This document shows, piece after piece, positions 8,493-18,064 of a stretch of 59,113 nt of DNA. The position numbers were made by a program, and so were the translations under genes. The DNA is from Limisphaerales bacterium (lineage in GTDB: Bacteria; Verrucomicrobiota; Verrucomicrobiia; Limisphaerales; UBA11358), in the NCBI GenBank assembly GCA_003134375.1, contig PLAY01000151.1, forward strand, positions 1 to 59,113, read 5' to 3'. Position 1 is the first letter of the stretch. Each line of letters begins with the position of its first letter. Under the pieces are notes generated by a model. The model ran no database searches. It was not told the DNA's origin and worked only from the letters and a program-made list of their open reading frames with translations.

Positions 8493-8530
8493 GTGTGGTA
8501 GAAAAATACCACACGGCCAAGTGATGTCAA
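8493..8530 (-). promoter_or_regulatory. Promoter with overlapping palindromic operator for the xre-immA operon
   Basis: Minus-strand TTGACA (8525-8530), 16 bp, TG-n-TATTTT (8503-8508); perfect inverted repeat GTGTGGTA-N6-TACCACAC at 8493-8514. Confidence 0.75.
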
Positions 8531-8804
8531 TGGTTTTATTCACGCCCGCACCAAACACCCGTCACGCGAGCCATGTAAATTTCGGTTTTGACACCGGCAT
8601 TTATCCGCTTTGATTCGTGCAAGTTCCCGCTAACTTTCCGTTAGCATTGTGCAACCTGAAACTTGCACGAACGATGCCCGTAATTTACCTACCGTCTGCG
8701 CCGTAAATGCTGACCGCGAACCAAGCAAACTGACCGCTCACATGGCTCGCGCACGTAGAGCGAGGAAAAGAGAGTGTTTCCGCGCACGCGCACGGGCACG
8801 TGAG

Positions 8805-9053
8805 TCATGTATCCGTGGCATCTGATTTTGTCAGCCACGCGATGTAGCGGTCACATTGCCGCCATTCGATGTTGAATCGCTGACGGACTGCCCGGTGGAT
8901 TTCTGTCTTGGTTGCGCCCGCGTCAAGCAACCGGGCGACGCAGCCGATGCGCTCGTCAATCTGCTGGCGCGTGGCTTTGACGTAGGGCTTGCGTTGGCCG
9001 GGGCGGATCACAGGTTGTTTTCTTGTGTCAGGCATGATGTTCATTGCCGCCAA
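8805..9053 (-). CDS. Small HTH-like hypothetical protein
   Basis: 82 aa, helical pattern LLDAGATKTEIHRAVRQRFNIEWRQCDRYI; follows the primase-helicase gene. Confidence 0.65.
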   Translation of the reverse strand: MAAMNIMPDTRKQPVIRPGQRKPYVKATRQQIDERIGCVARLLDAGATKTEIHRAVRQRFNIEWRQCDRYIAWLTKSDATDT

Positions 9054-9062
9054 TTCCGGCCA

Positions 9063-9154
9063 GCGTCACCTTACACGCCCTGATATAGGGGCGTGACGGT
9101 GTGACGGTAACGCCGTCGTGACGGTGATTTGACGCTGGTTTGACGGTTGACGGT
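9063..9154. repeat. Iteron-like TGACGGT repeats with palindrome (candidate origin)
   Basis: TGACGGT at 9094, 9102, 9119, 9141 and 9148, a variant at 9130, an inverted CGTCACC near 9064, and hairpin CACGCCC-N8-GGGCGTG. Confidence 0.6.
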
Positions 9155-9163
9155 GGTTTCATG

Positions 9164-11143
9164 TTAAGCGGTTAAAACGTATAATCCGGCAAGGTCTTTT
9201 TTTACAATTCCAAGCGCAAGCATTGTGGTCACTCTGCGCTCGGCTGTTTTACCTTTTACGGCCAATTTGGTTTTGACGGCAGTTTCCAATTCAAACCGCC
9301 GCATTGCTGGCCTGTCCGAAAAAATGGCGCGGGCAAGCTCTGTCAGTTCTTCCCGCTCTTTATCCACCTTTGCGCCGTTGATGTTTTGCACGCTGACGTG
9401 CATCTGATGTTGCTCGCTCCATGCGAATCTGGGCGCGGTATTTTTCGGAATAGGGGCGTCCCGGTTTTTTTCTGCCCACATGACGCTGACTCCGTTGGTG
9501 TCCTTTTCCAGCTTTAGGTTGGTCTCTGACTTGCGCTCTAAATACGAACCAAGATGCCCGCGAGTTTTGTCAGGACTGCCGGGGTTTAGATGGATGATGT
9601 TTAAGATCGGACAATCAAACTCCATCGTTATGCTTTCGAGTTCGGAAATGATGCCGTTGCACTCTGGAATATCATTTACGTTATGCACTGTGTCGCCTGT
9701 GCCGTCTATGATGATGGAGTGAACACCGCCGAATTGATTTGCGGCTTGTTCTGTCAGCAACCGGATTGATTTGCGGATTTCGTCAACAGAGAATCCCTTT
9801 AGGTAATACGAGCGCAACCATTCCGGCGCGGCGGCAACCTGGGCGCGGCGTATCAATCGCTGTATTCCATTCCAATGGCGAAACTGGCATTGCTCGGTGT
9901 CAAGATGGACAACCGCGAAGCCGTTTGGATTTTGAGAGGTGAAGCCAAAGCAATCGGCGTCAGGCGTGGCAAACGTGCTGGCGATGACGGCGTTTAGTGC
10001 GGCTGTTTTCCCGCCTTTGGCCTGCGCGGAAAAGGTAGTCAGGTTTTGGGAATAGCAAATCGGCGTGCCGTTTAGGAAAAATCGCGGCGGCTGTTCAATC
10101 GGTGTGACTGTTGGCGAATAAATCCGCGTTGTGAGCCGTTCAATCAAACTTGGTTGCGCGGCCTCGGTTGCGCCCGGCGCGTCATCATTGCCCGGCAATG
10201 GGTCTTGCGCGGCCTGCGGTTGGACCAGTTTCGCGGCGGCAATCGCGGCCTCAAAATCTGCCTTCGTTGCACCGGCTCGCGAGAAGTCGTTTGCGTCCTT
10301 GTGTGGAAATGGCGTCGCTACGTTATAGACCTTGCAACCGGCGCTGCTGGCGATCTCGGCAAGCCAAGTATCACCAGCCGGAATTTTCTGGCCGGGTTTC
10401 AATGCGTCATTTTGCTTGAAGGCGTAGCAAACAGCGTCCGGCTCAATCTGTCCGCAAATCAATTCGCCATTGCCCGCGCCGCGTGTGATGAAAACGGCGG
10501 TGTCTGGCAAACCGCTGGCCGTGTGCCAGCCGAGTTTGTCCATGACCGCAAAGGCGTCATATTGCGATTCAAAAGTCAGAACGTAACCAGCGGCTTTTGT
10601 GTCGCCAAAAACCAGCGGCGCGGTGCTGTGTCCCGTCGGCTTAAAAATCCATTTGCCATTCGCCAGCCGGACGTGAGCGGAAACAACCTTGCCGTCGTCA
10701 CCATGATTTGCGAACGCGGTCAGGCCGTCGCAAATTCCAACGATGCCTTGTGCGTAAAGCCAGCGGACAAATTCAATGGACAAGCCACGCCCTGCCACCA
10801 GCTTTTGCGCGTCTGTTTCCGTGAACGCGGCAACGCATTTTTGCCAGTCGAAGTTTTCGCCGGTCGCTTCAATTCGCGGCTTCGCTGGTTTCGTGGCGAT
10901 GGCCGGGCGCGATGGCATAGGTGAAAGCCGACTGCCCGCCAGTTTGAAAATCTCCTGGCGGTGTTCGCTGTCGCCGGGATTCGTCGCGCAACCGAATTTT
11001 CCGCCAGGTTGAATCAATAGATGATCGCCGGACTTGTCAGAGCCAACCGCACGGCAGGCAGGACAAGCTGCACGGACGCCACCGCCATCGAGGTGTTTAA
11101 CATTTTCCAGCCTTGCCGTATCAAGTGAGATTTCACCGGCCAT
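9164..11143 (-). CDS. Primase-helicase (Zn-binding N-terminus, Toprim-like centre, AAA/RepA-type helicase)
   Basis: CPAC...HL...GC N-terminus; FESQYDA and KDAND Toprim-like motifs; Walker A AQAKGGKT; Walker B SIIIDG; RGHLGS motif. Confidence 0.85.
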   Translation of the reverse strand: MAGEISLDTARLENVKHLDGGGVRAACPACRAVGSDKSGDHLLIQPGGKFGCATNPGDSEHRQEIFKLAGSRLSPMPSRPAIATKPAKPRIEATGENFDWQKCVAAFTETDAQKLVAGRGLSIEFVRWLYAQGIVGICDGLTAFANHGDDGKVVSAHVRLANGKWIFKPTGHSTAPLVFGDTKAAGYVLTFESQYDAFAVMDKLGWHTASGLPDTAVFITRGAGNGELICGQIEPDAVCYAFKQNDALKPGQKIPAGDTWLAEIASSAGCKVYNVATPFPHKDANDFSRAGATKADFEAAIAAAKLVQPQAAQDPLPGNDDAPGATEAAQPSLIERLTTRIYSPTVTPIEQPPRFFLNGTPICYSQNLTTFSAQAKGGKTAALNAVIASTFATPDADCFGFTSQNPNGFAVVHLDTEQCQFRHWNGIQRLIRRAQVAAAPEWLRSYYLKGFSVDEIRKSIRLLTEQAANQFGGVHSIIIDGTGDTVHNVNDIPECNGIISELESITMEFDCPILNIIHLNPGSPDKTRGHLGSYLERKSETNLKLEKDTNGVSVMWAEKNRDAPIPKNTAPRFAWSEQHQMHVSVQNINGAKVDKEREELTELARAIFSDRPAMRRFELETAVKTKLAVKGKTAERRVTTMLALGIVKKDLAGLYVLTA

Positions 11144-11281
11144 AATCCAACCTTTCTGCCAGCGTGCGCCGCAAGCGTGCCGACAATGCGCGTTTGGATT
11201 GATGAAGTCCGCCACGCACAATTCGTTCAATTTCGCGGACGGTGGACAGGGAAACGCCCTTGGGTTTGCGGGGGCGGTTTT

Positions 11282-11527
11282 TCATACGCCATCCTTTTCC
11301 TCCCCGGACTGGGCACGAGGCCGCCGATACGTTAAAAAATTTGTTTTGACCCACTCTGTCCCTTCAGCCACCGGCACACGAACTGCCCGTTCTGACAGTT
11401 TCAGAAACGGCAGGCCGCGTGAAAGCCATGTGCTAACCGTCCGTGGTGATACACTGAACCGCGCCGCGAATTGGCGTTTGGAGTCCGCCGCCCTGTCAAT
11501 TGGGGCGTCTTCGTCGAAGTCTGTCAT
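11282..11527 (-). CDS. Excisionase-like HTH protein
   Basis: SKRQFAARFSVSPRTVSTWLSRGLPFLKL...VRVP; ATG coupled to the upstream stop (ATGA). Confidence 0.7.
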   Translation of the reverse strand: MTDFDEDAPIDRAADSKRQFAARFSVSPRTVSTWLSRGLPFLKLSERAVRVPVAEGTEWVKTNFLTYRRPRAQSGEEKDGV

Positions 11528-11844
11528 ACAATGCCTCCATGTTGATCCCCGGCCAAAATTAGCGCGTTGACATCGCCTTCCAGGAATCCGGAGGCACGTT
11601 GTCGGCCCGGTAGTTTGACCTTCTTGATCGGGAGTTTGTCCACCGTTCGCAAACTGCATGACAATCGGCGGGCGACTTCGGCGCGGCGAAGCAATCGCGG
11701 CGGGTTGTCTGGTGGCGGGGAGTCAGGTTTGCGTGGCGTGACGCCGTTACGCAGGACGGCCATGAGCCGGGTGCGGTCGGCGGGGGTCAAGGACGGGTCG
11801 GATTCCAACCCGCTACGAACGATTTTTATTGTTGTTGCCAGCAT
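11524..11844 (-). CDS. AlpA/excisionase-like HTH protein
   Basis: LLRRAEVARRLSCSLRTVDKL; paralogue of 2487-2804. Confidence 0.8.
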   Translation of the reverse strand: MLATTIKIVRSGLESDPSLTPADRTRLMAVLRNGVTPRKPDSPPPDNPPRLLRRAEVARRLSCSLRTVDKLPIKKVKLPGRQRASGFLEGDVNALILAGDQHGGIV

Positions 11845-12016
11845 AAATTTCTTTTGCTGGCTGAAATTACCACTGGTTTTGTGGATAATTAGGATGGGTG
11901 AGGAAATTTGAACCGCAGCGGCAGGTTTGAACACCGCAGCGAAAGAAAAAATCACCGCAGAGGTGGTTTAGAACACCCCAAAAAGTAAAAAACAATTTGA
12001 CGGGAAATAGCGCGGG

Positions 12017-13045
12017 CTACTTCTGGCGTTTGCCTGCGGCTAACGGACTTGAAGCGGCACTCTTGGGAAGTTTTGTCTTTGGCGCTTTTGGTTTGTCTCC
12101 GGTCTTTTTAGCTTCTCTTGCAATGGCTCGATTCTGTTGATCCTGTGAATTTTTTTTGAACCGTTCCCAACGCATGGTGCATAGGTCTTGAAGCGAAATC
12201 CGGTTGTTTTTCAGGCAGTCATCAATTGCATCCTGATTGCTTTGCTGCCATTCCTGATAGCTCCTCGGCCTTCCACTCCCCAATTGAATCAGCATCCCCG
12301 CTTTGGCAAGCCTGTCTTGCTGCTCCTGTTCACGCTCGTATTGCTCTTGGCTTATGCGGGGCGTGCGTTCGTCCAAGAAATGCTTCACGGCTGCCCTGAT
12401 CGCCGGCACGGACAATGGTTGCTCGCCGATTTCTTGTTCGGGTCTGCCTTTCCTTTTTGGTGCAATAGGTGGCAACAGTGGCAGTTGCCCGGAAGTTTTT
12501 TTATTGCTCACTTCAATCTCCGCGAATGTGACCGTGCTAAATGCTGTATCGAAATCGGCAATGAAAGATTCTGTTCCTTCCTTTTTTTCAGGCAACGTCC
12601 CGATGTATCGCTCTGCGGCCATTAGCAATTCGTGTGCGTTGTGAATCGCTTCGCCCGGAGTCAACTTTGCGTTTGTTTTCACCAGTGGTGCTGCTATCGC
12701 GGCCAAAATTTCTGGCTTCACGTTATCGGCAAACAGCATTTCCGGCACTTCCGGTGCGCGGAAGTTCTCCGCCGACAAGTCCACATCCACAGACACCGGC
12801 AAATGCGCTCCATCAGTTTTCTCAGCACACAAACGATTCCAGTCACCCGCCTTTTCAACGGCCTTTTGCAACTGCCAGTGAGCGTGCTGGGCTACAAAAA
12901 ATTCAACGCCTCGCAATATCCGTCCTGCGATGCGGGGCTGAATTGTCCGCAGCCAGTATTCTTTCGCCAGTCGCAACTCTTTTTCAACCGCCGCTCGTTT
13001 TTCTGTGATGTCGGTTTGAGCAGGAATTTCGGGATTCTGATTCAT
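12017..13045 (-). CDS. Hypothetical protein downstream of the integrase
   Basis: 342-aa ORF in operon position between int and alpA; no recognisable motif. Confidence 0.8.
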   Translation of the reverse strand: MNQNPEIPAQTDITEKRAAVEKELRLAKEYWLRTIQPRIAGRILRGVEFFVAQHAHWQLQKAVEKAGDWNRLCAEKTDGAHLPVSVDVDLSAENFRAPEVPEMLFADNVKPEILAAIAAPLVKTNAKLTPGEAIHNAHELLMAAERYIGTLPEKKEGTESFIADFDTAFSTVTFAEIEVSNKKTSGQLPLLPPIAPKRKGRPEQEIGEQPLSVPAIRAAVKHFLDERTPRISQEQYEREQEQQDRLAKAGMLIQLGSGRPRSYQEWQQSNQDAIDDCLKNNRISLQDLCTMRWERFKKNSQDQQNRAIAREAKKTGDKPKAPKTKLPKSAASSPLAAGKRQK

Positions 13046-13060
13046 GGTTGCTCCGTTTGG

Positions 13061-14392
13061 TTATTCAGCGGCGAGTATTGCCAACGCCGCAGACTTTTTT
13101 TCGCGCCAATTTTTTGCCGACATATTTTTAAGAATAGTTTGCACGTCGCGCAAGATTTCGTCTTGCCCGCGTTTTGTCGGCTCTGCCGTGGCTTCGCTCA
13201 TCACGGACGGCAACAAGGCCACGGCGCGGCCAGCGGCTAATTCGCCGACGTGCGTATAATGCCGAGTCATGGCCGGGCTGCTGTGTCCCACGATAGATTC
13301 CACGACCGACAACGGCGCATTGCTTTCGCGGCAGAGTGAAACGAACGTGTGCCGCAACGAATGAAAGCCGACTTCGATGACGGCGCGTTTACCATCCGTG
13401 CCGGTGCCGGGCTTGTGCAAGGTGATTCCGCACGCTTTGAAATGCCTTTGAACCATGTCCGTTACCATGTCTGTCCGGTGAACATAAAGCGCGGCCATTT
13501 CCGGCAGGACGTATTCACGGCGTTGATCCGGCGGCGTCACCGCCAGCATATCGCGCAATATCGGATGGATTGGCACAATGACAGGTTTGGGATTGCGGCG
13601 CGCGGTTTTGTTGGGGATGCGACGAATCATTGCACGCGGCAAATCCACTTCGCCCCAGCGCAGCGTGGCGCAATCGCCAAGCCGCAAACCGGAGTAGATG
13701 CCGAGTGCCAGCAACGTCTGCAACTCGCCCGTGGCGGTCTGGCAGATTTTTCGTAGCTCATCAATCGTCAGTTCGCGGCGGCTGTTTGTGATCATCCGCT
13801 TGCGCTGAATGTTTCCACCGCGTTTCGGTGATTCCCACGGATTGCCGGTGAGCTTGGCTTTATGCTTCACGACGCGGAAAACGAGCGTGAGCAAATTCAA
13901 ATGCTTGTTGTAGGTGGACGGGCTGAATCGGCCATGATTCATGCTACTGGCGTATTCCTCGGCGATTTCTTTTGTCACGTCGCGCAGCGTCAGCACGTCG
14001 GCGTGCTTTTCCTTCATCCAATCGGCGAACGCCTGCCATTGAAATTCGTATTGGCGGAGGGTGGACTTGCCGCTGTCCGGGCGATTGGGCGAGGCGAGAA
14101 ATTCGCTCCATGCCTGCCCGATGGACAATGGCGGGTGTTGTTCATCTTCCCACTTGGCAAGCTCGGCCTTGCGGCCTCCCAGCTTGCCGGCGATGGATTC
14201 CAGCGCGTCGGCTTCATTGCCAGCGGCGAAGGGAGCCATCAATTTGTCTTTGGCTTTGATCGCGTCTCGTTCCGTGGTGATCGAATTGCCGTTTTCATCG
14301 CGTAGCACTTTGAGAAATGCCTTGCCCTTGAATCGCCAATTCACATAGAAGTTGTCTCCGCGTTTGAGTAGATGTCCTGTCGTTTTTTTCAT
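13061..14392 (-). CDS. Tyrosine recombinase/integrase of element 1
   Basis: GLRLGD, HSLRH, VGH and TRHY catalytic motifs; basic beta-rich arm-binding-type N-terminus; adjacent to attR. Confidence 0.96.
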   Translation of the reverse strand: MKKTTGHLLKRGDNFYVNWRFKGKAFLKVLRDENGNSITTERDAIKAKDKLMAPFAAGNEADALESIAGKLGGRKAELAKWEDEQHPPLSIGQAWSEFLASPNRPDSGKSTLRQYEFQWQAFADWMKEKHADVLTLRDVTKEIAEEYASSMNHGRFSPSTYNKHLNLLTLVFRVVKHKAKLTGNPWESPKRGGNIQRKRMITNSRRELTIDELRKICQTATGELQTLLALGIYSGLRLGDCATLRWGEVDLPRAMIRRIPNKTARRNPKPVIVPIHPILRDMLAVTPPDQRREYVLPEMAALYVHRTDMVTDMVQRHFKACGITLHKPGTGTDGKRAVIEVGFHSLRHTFVSLCRESNAPLSVVESIVGHSSPAMTRHYTHVGELAAGRAVALLPSVMSEATAEPTKRGQDEILRDVQTILKNMSAKNWREKKSAALAILAAE

Positions 14393-14509
14393 AGTGCGCT
14401 CGCTTTCTTGTTTATTCCGCTGCGTGCGCCTATTTCATCAAAACAATGCAAGTATGTCAATCAAAAAGCAATCAGATATATTTTATAACCTTTAATGTCA
14501 TATAATAAA

Positions 14510-14568
14510 GCAGACTGTAAATCTGCTGGCTATGCCTTCGATGGTTCGAATCCATCACCTACCACCAC
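14510..14568 (+). repeat. attR core of element 1
   Basis: 59-bp exact duplicate of 2004-2062. Confidence 0.95.
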
Positions 14569-14700
14569 CCCTTTTTTCACAGGAGAAAATGGTATTTTTA
14601 GCAATGTTTTCAATGGTTTTCACTGTATCGCTGTTTTTGAACCTCTGCGTTTTGGTGCTTTTGCCGTCTCTTGCGTTCCTTTCCATTAAACCTCAAAAAG

Positions 14701-14994
14701 TCATACAACGCCCAAAAGCTGGAATTGGTCCCAAGCACGCGGTAAACGCGCGTCCTGCGTAGCGCTGCCCCAAGTCATTGAAGCCGCCTTGTGAACGGTT
14801 TGCTTACTGCCTCTCAAATCAATGACAACACCCGGCAGTTTATCAAATGCGTGCCAATAAAGGCCATGCCACTTGTCGGTGAGCCAGCGAGCAAATAAAG
14901 GCCAGAGCATTGAATCGCGATCCACCCAATCGAATCCGCCGAGTGAATAGTCCAAGCCAGCGAGGGTCGGTTTAATCTTTGCTTTTTTGGCCAT
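14701..14994 (-). CDS. Hypothetical protein
   Basis: 97-aa Trp-rich ORF with a plausible start. Confidence 0.5.
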   Translation of the reverse strand: MAKKAKIKPTLAGLDYSLGGFDWVDRDSMLWPLFARWLTDKWHGLYWHAFDKLPGVVIDLRGSKQTVHKAASMTWGSATQDARLPRAWDQFQLLGVV

Positions 14995-15273
14995 AACTCA
15001 AAGCAGGAGCGGGTTCAGGCCGATTGATGGGCTGGACATCACATATTTGGCTTCAATCCACCTCTGAAACTCCATCCAGACGCATTCGTAATGTCACCGG
15101 TCACTTCAAAACCGACCACCCCGAGGTGTTTAATTAATATCAGATTTCTTGTTGCAAGCAAGGGGCTTTTCAATTTCTGCACATCGGTTCCCTCGCAAGT
15201 GCCGCAGAGACGATGCCAACAAAAGGCAATGCGACCTAAACAGTTTTGACGCGGCCAATTGTCACGTTGCGAA

Positions 15274-16674
15274 TCATGGGCCGTTGAAGCCATTGGGCCA
15301 CGGCGGAGATATGCCAACCGTAGGTATAGTCCCAACACGATAAAATCCGCTTGCCGATCCCGGATCGAAGCCAAATGTGGCAGACCAAATGGCGTTGGTG
15401 TCCAAAGTTGAAGGAGCCATGTCCTGCCAAACATCGTTGACCAAATCTGTCCGTGATTGCATCGAATAGTCAAGGCCGGGAACGTCTTCCCGCAACCACA
15501 CGTTTGCCTGGCTAGATATGTTGCCGACTGATATCTGGAGCCACGGAGCCGGATAACCGAATGTGTTCAGCACATAGCAAATATCGCCAGCCCGGTCGCC
15601 ACTGGTGCCCGTAATGCCGGTCAATGCCTTCAAGTCGCAGTCATACCTTTGCCAATCCTCGTTGGTGGCGGCTCCGAGCGCGGAATAGAAAAATAGGTCG
15701 GAAGCAAAGTCGCCTTGCGCCAGATTTGTGACATTCAGCGAACGGACAGAATCAAAATTCGTCATCAAATCATCCACCACGAGTTGCGCTTCCAAGGCGA
15801 ACCACGTTCGCGGTTGGTTCATCAATGTGGACACACATTCCCGCAGGACGGCTTCAGTCTGGCCGGCGGCGGCGCGGGAACGCCAGTTGTCAGCCTGGGC
15901 AAAAGAGTTGGTTTCGTCGGTCTCGCCGGCAGGAATCCGGTTCGTCAAAAGCCAGGTGAGACAAGTGGTTTTGAGTGAATCCGGCGGGATGGAGTGTCCG
16001 CCCGAAAAAGTCCAGTCCTTGACTTGCGCGCCGCAGGAAACAAGAAAACTGCCGTCTGGAGCCAGCCAGTTCATCTGGGTGTAGTTGTCGGAAGTGCCGG
16101 TCGTGCGCGCTACCAATAGATTTGTCTGTACCTGGCTGGTGGTGTAGTAAACGATGGTGCCTTGGGGACCGTAAGTGCATCCCATCCACCCGCTCATAGC
16201 GAACATGCCGGCGACGTGCTGCGCCCAGAACCGGCTGAAAATGTAGGCGTTTTCACCTCCGCCGGAAAAACCGGCGACGAATTCCGCCGACGGATCGAAA
16301 AGCACCCGTTGCCGGACATCGCGAGGAACCGCGTAAAAATCCCGCAATACCAGATTCAGCGTTGCGCCGTCCTTGGAATTCAGGATGCCAATGACAATCA
16401 TGTTCAAGCTCGCGCAAACCGTTTGGAAGGTGGACACCAATCCACCGCCGCTGGGATTCAACGTGTAAAGAATTGGCAGCGGCGTGCCGTTGGTGGAATA
16501 GGCCGGCGGCAAATAAACGGTGTAACTGATGGCCGGATTTTCCAGACAGGCCACCGTACCACTTTGGCCAGCGGTCAGCGGAAACGGTTTCAAATCAGCG
16601 AAGGCGCGACCGGAGAAAAGCAAAGACGACGCAAGCGAGGCGGAAATCAAAATGCCGGGATTCGCAAACTTCAT
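15274..16674 (-). CDS. Secreted alpha/beta-hydrolase (esterase-like) with C-terminal accessory domain
   Basis: Signal peptide from MKFANPG; YTVYLPPAY...LPILY; nucleophile elbow GFSGG; GGH catalytic His region. Confidence 0.8.
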   Translation of the reverse strand: MKFANPGILISASLASSLLFSGRAFADLKPFPLTAGQSGTVACLENPAISYTVYLPPAYSTNGTPLPILYTLNPSGGGLVSTFQTVCASLNMIVIGILNSKDGATLNLVLRDFYAVPRDVRQRVLFDPSAEFVAGFSGGGENAYIFSRFWAQHVAGMFAMSGWMGCTYGPQGTIVYYTTSQVQTNLLVARTTGTSDNYTQMNWLAPDGSFLVSCGAQVKDWTFSGGHSIPPDSLKTTCLTWLLTNRIPAGETDETNSFAQADNWRSRAAAGQTEAVLRECVSTLMNQPRTWFALEAQLVVDDLMTNFDSVRSLNVTNLAQGDFASDLFFYSALGAATNEDWQRYDCDLKALTGITGTSGDRAGDICYVLNTFGYPAPWLQISVGNISSQANVWLREDVPGLDYSMQSRTDLVNDVWQDMAPSTLDTNAIWSATFGFDPGSASGFYRVGTIPTVGISPPWPNGFNGP

Positions 16675-17426
16675 GCAGGCGATTGTATCTTCTTTTGATA
16701 GAACTTCAAGCCCACTGCAATTGGGCTTTGCAGCAGCGGCAGAAGCACGCGAGTAACCGTTTTCAGTTGGAGCATCTCCCACGCCTGTTCTCTGTGTTCC
16801 GTCGCCTTCAACCGGGGTCAGAGGGCGGACCTGCGCCTCGTTTTCCGGCAGGAGCCGAATGTCTCCAATTGGAGATAAATCCCTTGCGACAACCAGGCCC
16901 GTCATAGGCGGGTTATGCTTGCCAAGCCGTTGCCCGGGGTAAAGGCCGGTGAGAACCAAGCCGCGTCATTCGCCACCGGCTTCGTCGCAACGCTTCAAAA
17001 CCCGGCCAACTTCGGCTGGGGGTGAAGCCACGCCGCTTGTTTTCGCCGCGTTGGTTCAAAGTCGTGGCAGCGGGCTACGGCTCGGCAAGCCAGCACTTTC
17101 GATTGCCGATTTACGATTGGGCGGCCGGTGAACTCAAGCTTCAAATGAAATCCAAGGTGAAGGATGAAGTAAAAAAGAAAGAGGCCGGACACTACTCCGG
17201 CCTCTCAATGAGAACTAAGCGCTTAAATCAACGATTCGCAGTTGCGCGACCACGAACTTTTTGTTGGCTGCGGCACCGCAGATTTGCGCCTTGCTTCACA
17301 CACGGAACACTGCGTTTCTGCATGCCAACGATGGGATTAGAATACCAGAGGACATGTCCCCTGCTAGTCACCAGTTCTGGTTACGTGCAAACCCCTTGAA
17401 AACAAAGGGAAATTGACGAAATCCGG

Positions 17427-18053
17427 TCAACGGCGGAGAAATTTGGTCACGGCCTCGGTGCGGGTGCGGACCTGCAGTTTTTCGTAAATGCGGCGAATGT
17501 AGGTATGCACGGTTTCATAGCTGATCCCCAGCTTCTCCGAGATTTCCTTGTAGAGAAGTCCCTGGCTCAGGAAATCAAGCACTTCCTGTTCGCGCGGGGA
17601 AAGATGTTCCGTGGGTTGCGCCGTGGCCGCCGTTTGTTGAAACGATTGCACGACTTTGCGCGCAATGTGCATCGTCATCGGCGAACCGCCCCGGTGGACT
17701 TCCTGAATGGCTTCCAGCAGTTCCTTGCTGGAGGTGCGTTTGAGCAGGTAACCGTTGGCACCCGCCGTCAGCGCGTTGAAAATATTTTCCGTGTCTTCAT
17801 AGACCGTGAGCATCATGACCTGGATTCCCGGCATCAGCGCCTTCAATTGCCGCACACATTCGACGCCGTTCATACCGGGCAGATTGATGTCCATCAGCAC
17901 GACATTGGGGCGGGCCTGGGGCAGGTCCTTCAGCGCGTCCTCGGCGTTGGCGTATTGGCTCAGGCAGCGGAACCTGTCCGACCGGTCGAGCAGGCGGGCC
18001 AGCGTCCCACGCAGCTTGTCATTGTCTTCAACGATGGAAACGGTGATGGGCAT
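17427..18053 (-). CDS. NarL/LuxR-family response regulator
   Basis: Receiver domain (VED, MDINLPGMNG) and LuxR HTH (LSPREQEVL...ETVHTYIRRIYEKL). Confidence 0.95.
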   Translation of the reverse strand: MPITVSIVEDNDKLRGTLARLLDRSDRFRCLSQYANAEDALKDLPQARPNVVLMDINLPGMNGVECVRQLKALMPGIQVMMLTVYEDTENIFNALTAGANGYLLKRTSSKELLEAIQEVHRGGSPMTMHIARKVVQSFQQTAATAQPTEHLSPREQEVLDFLSQGLLYKEISEKLGISYETVHTYIRRIYEKLQVRTRTEAVTKFLRR

Positions 18054-18064
18054 GGCGTTGATTT

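Larger units (their letters stand above)
2004..14568. mobile_element. Element 1: ~12.5 kb integrative element (phage-satellite/IME-like) in tRNA-Tyr
   Basis: Exact 59-bp direct repeat of the tRNA 3' part at 2004-2062 and 14510-14568; tyrosine integrase next to the right repeat; AlpA-like HTH genes and a primase-helicase; no structural or conjugation genes recognised. Confidence 0.93.

Noticed and set aside
15110-15145. Possible further degenerate att at ACCACCCC
   Set aside because: The match to the tRNA-Tyr end is too short to be distinguished from chance.
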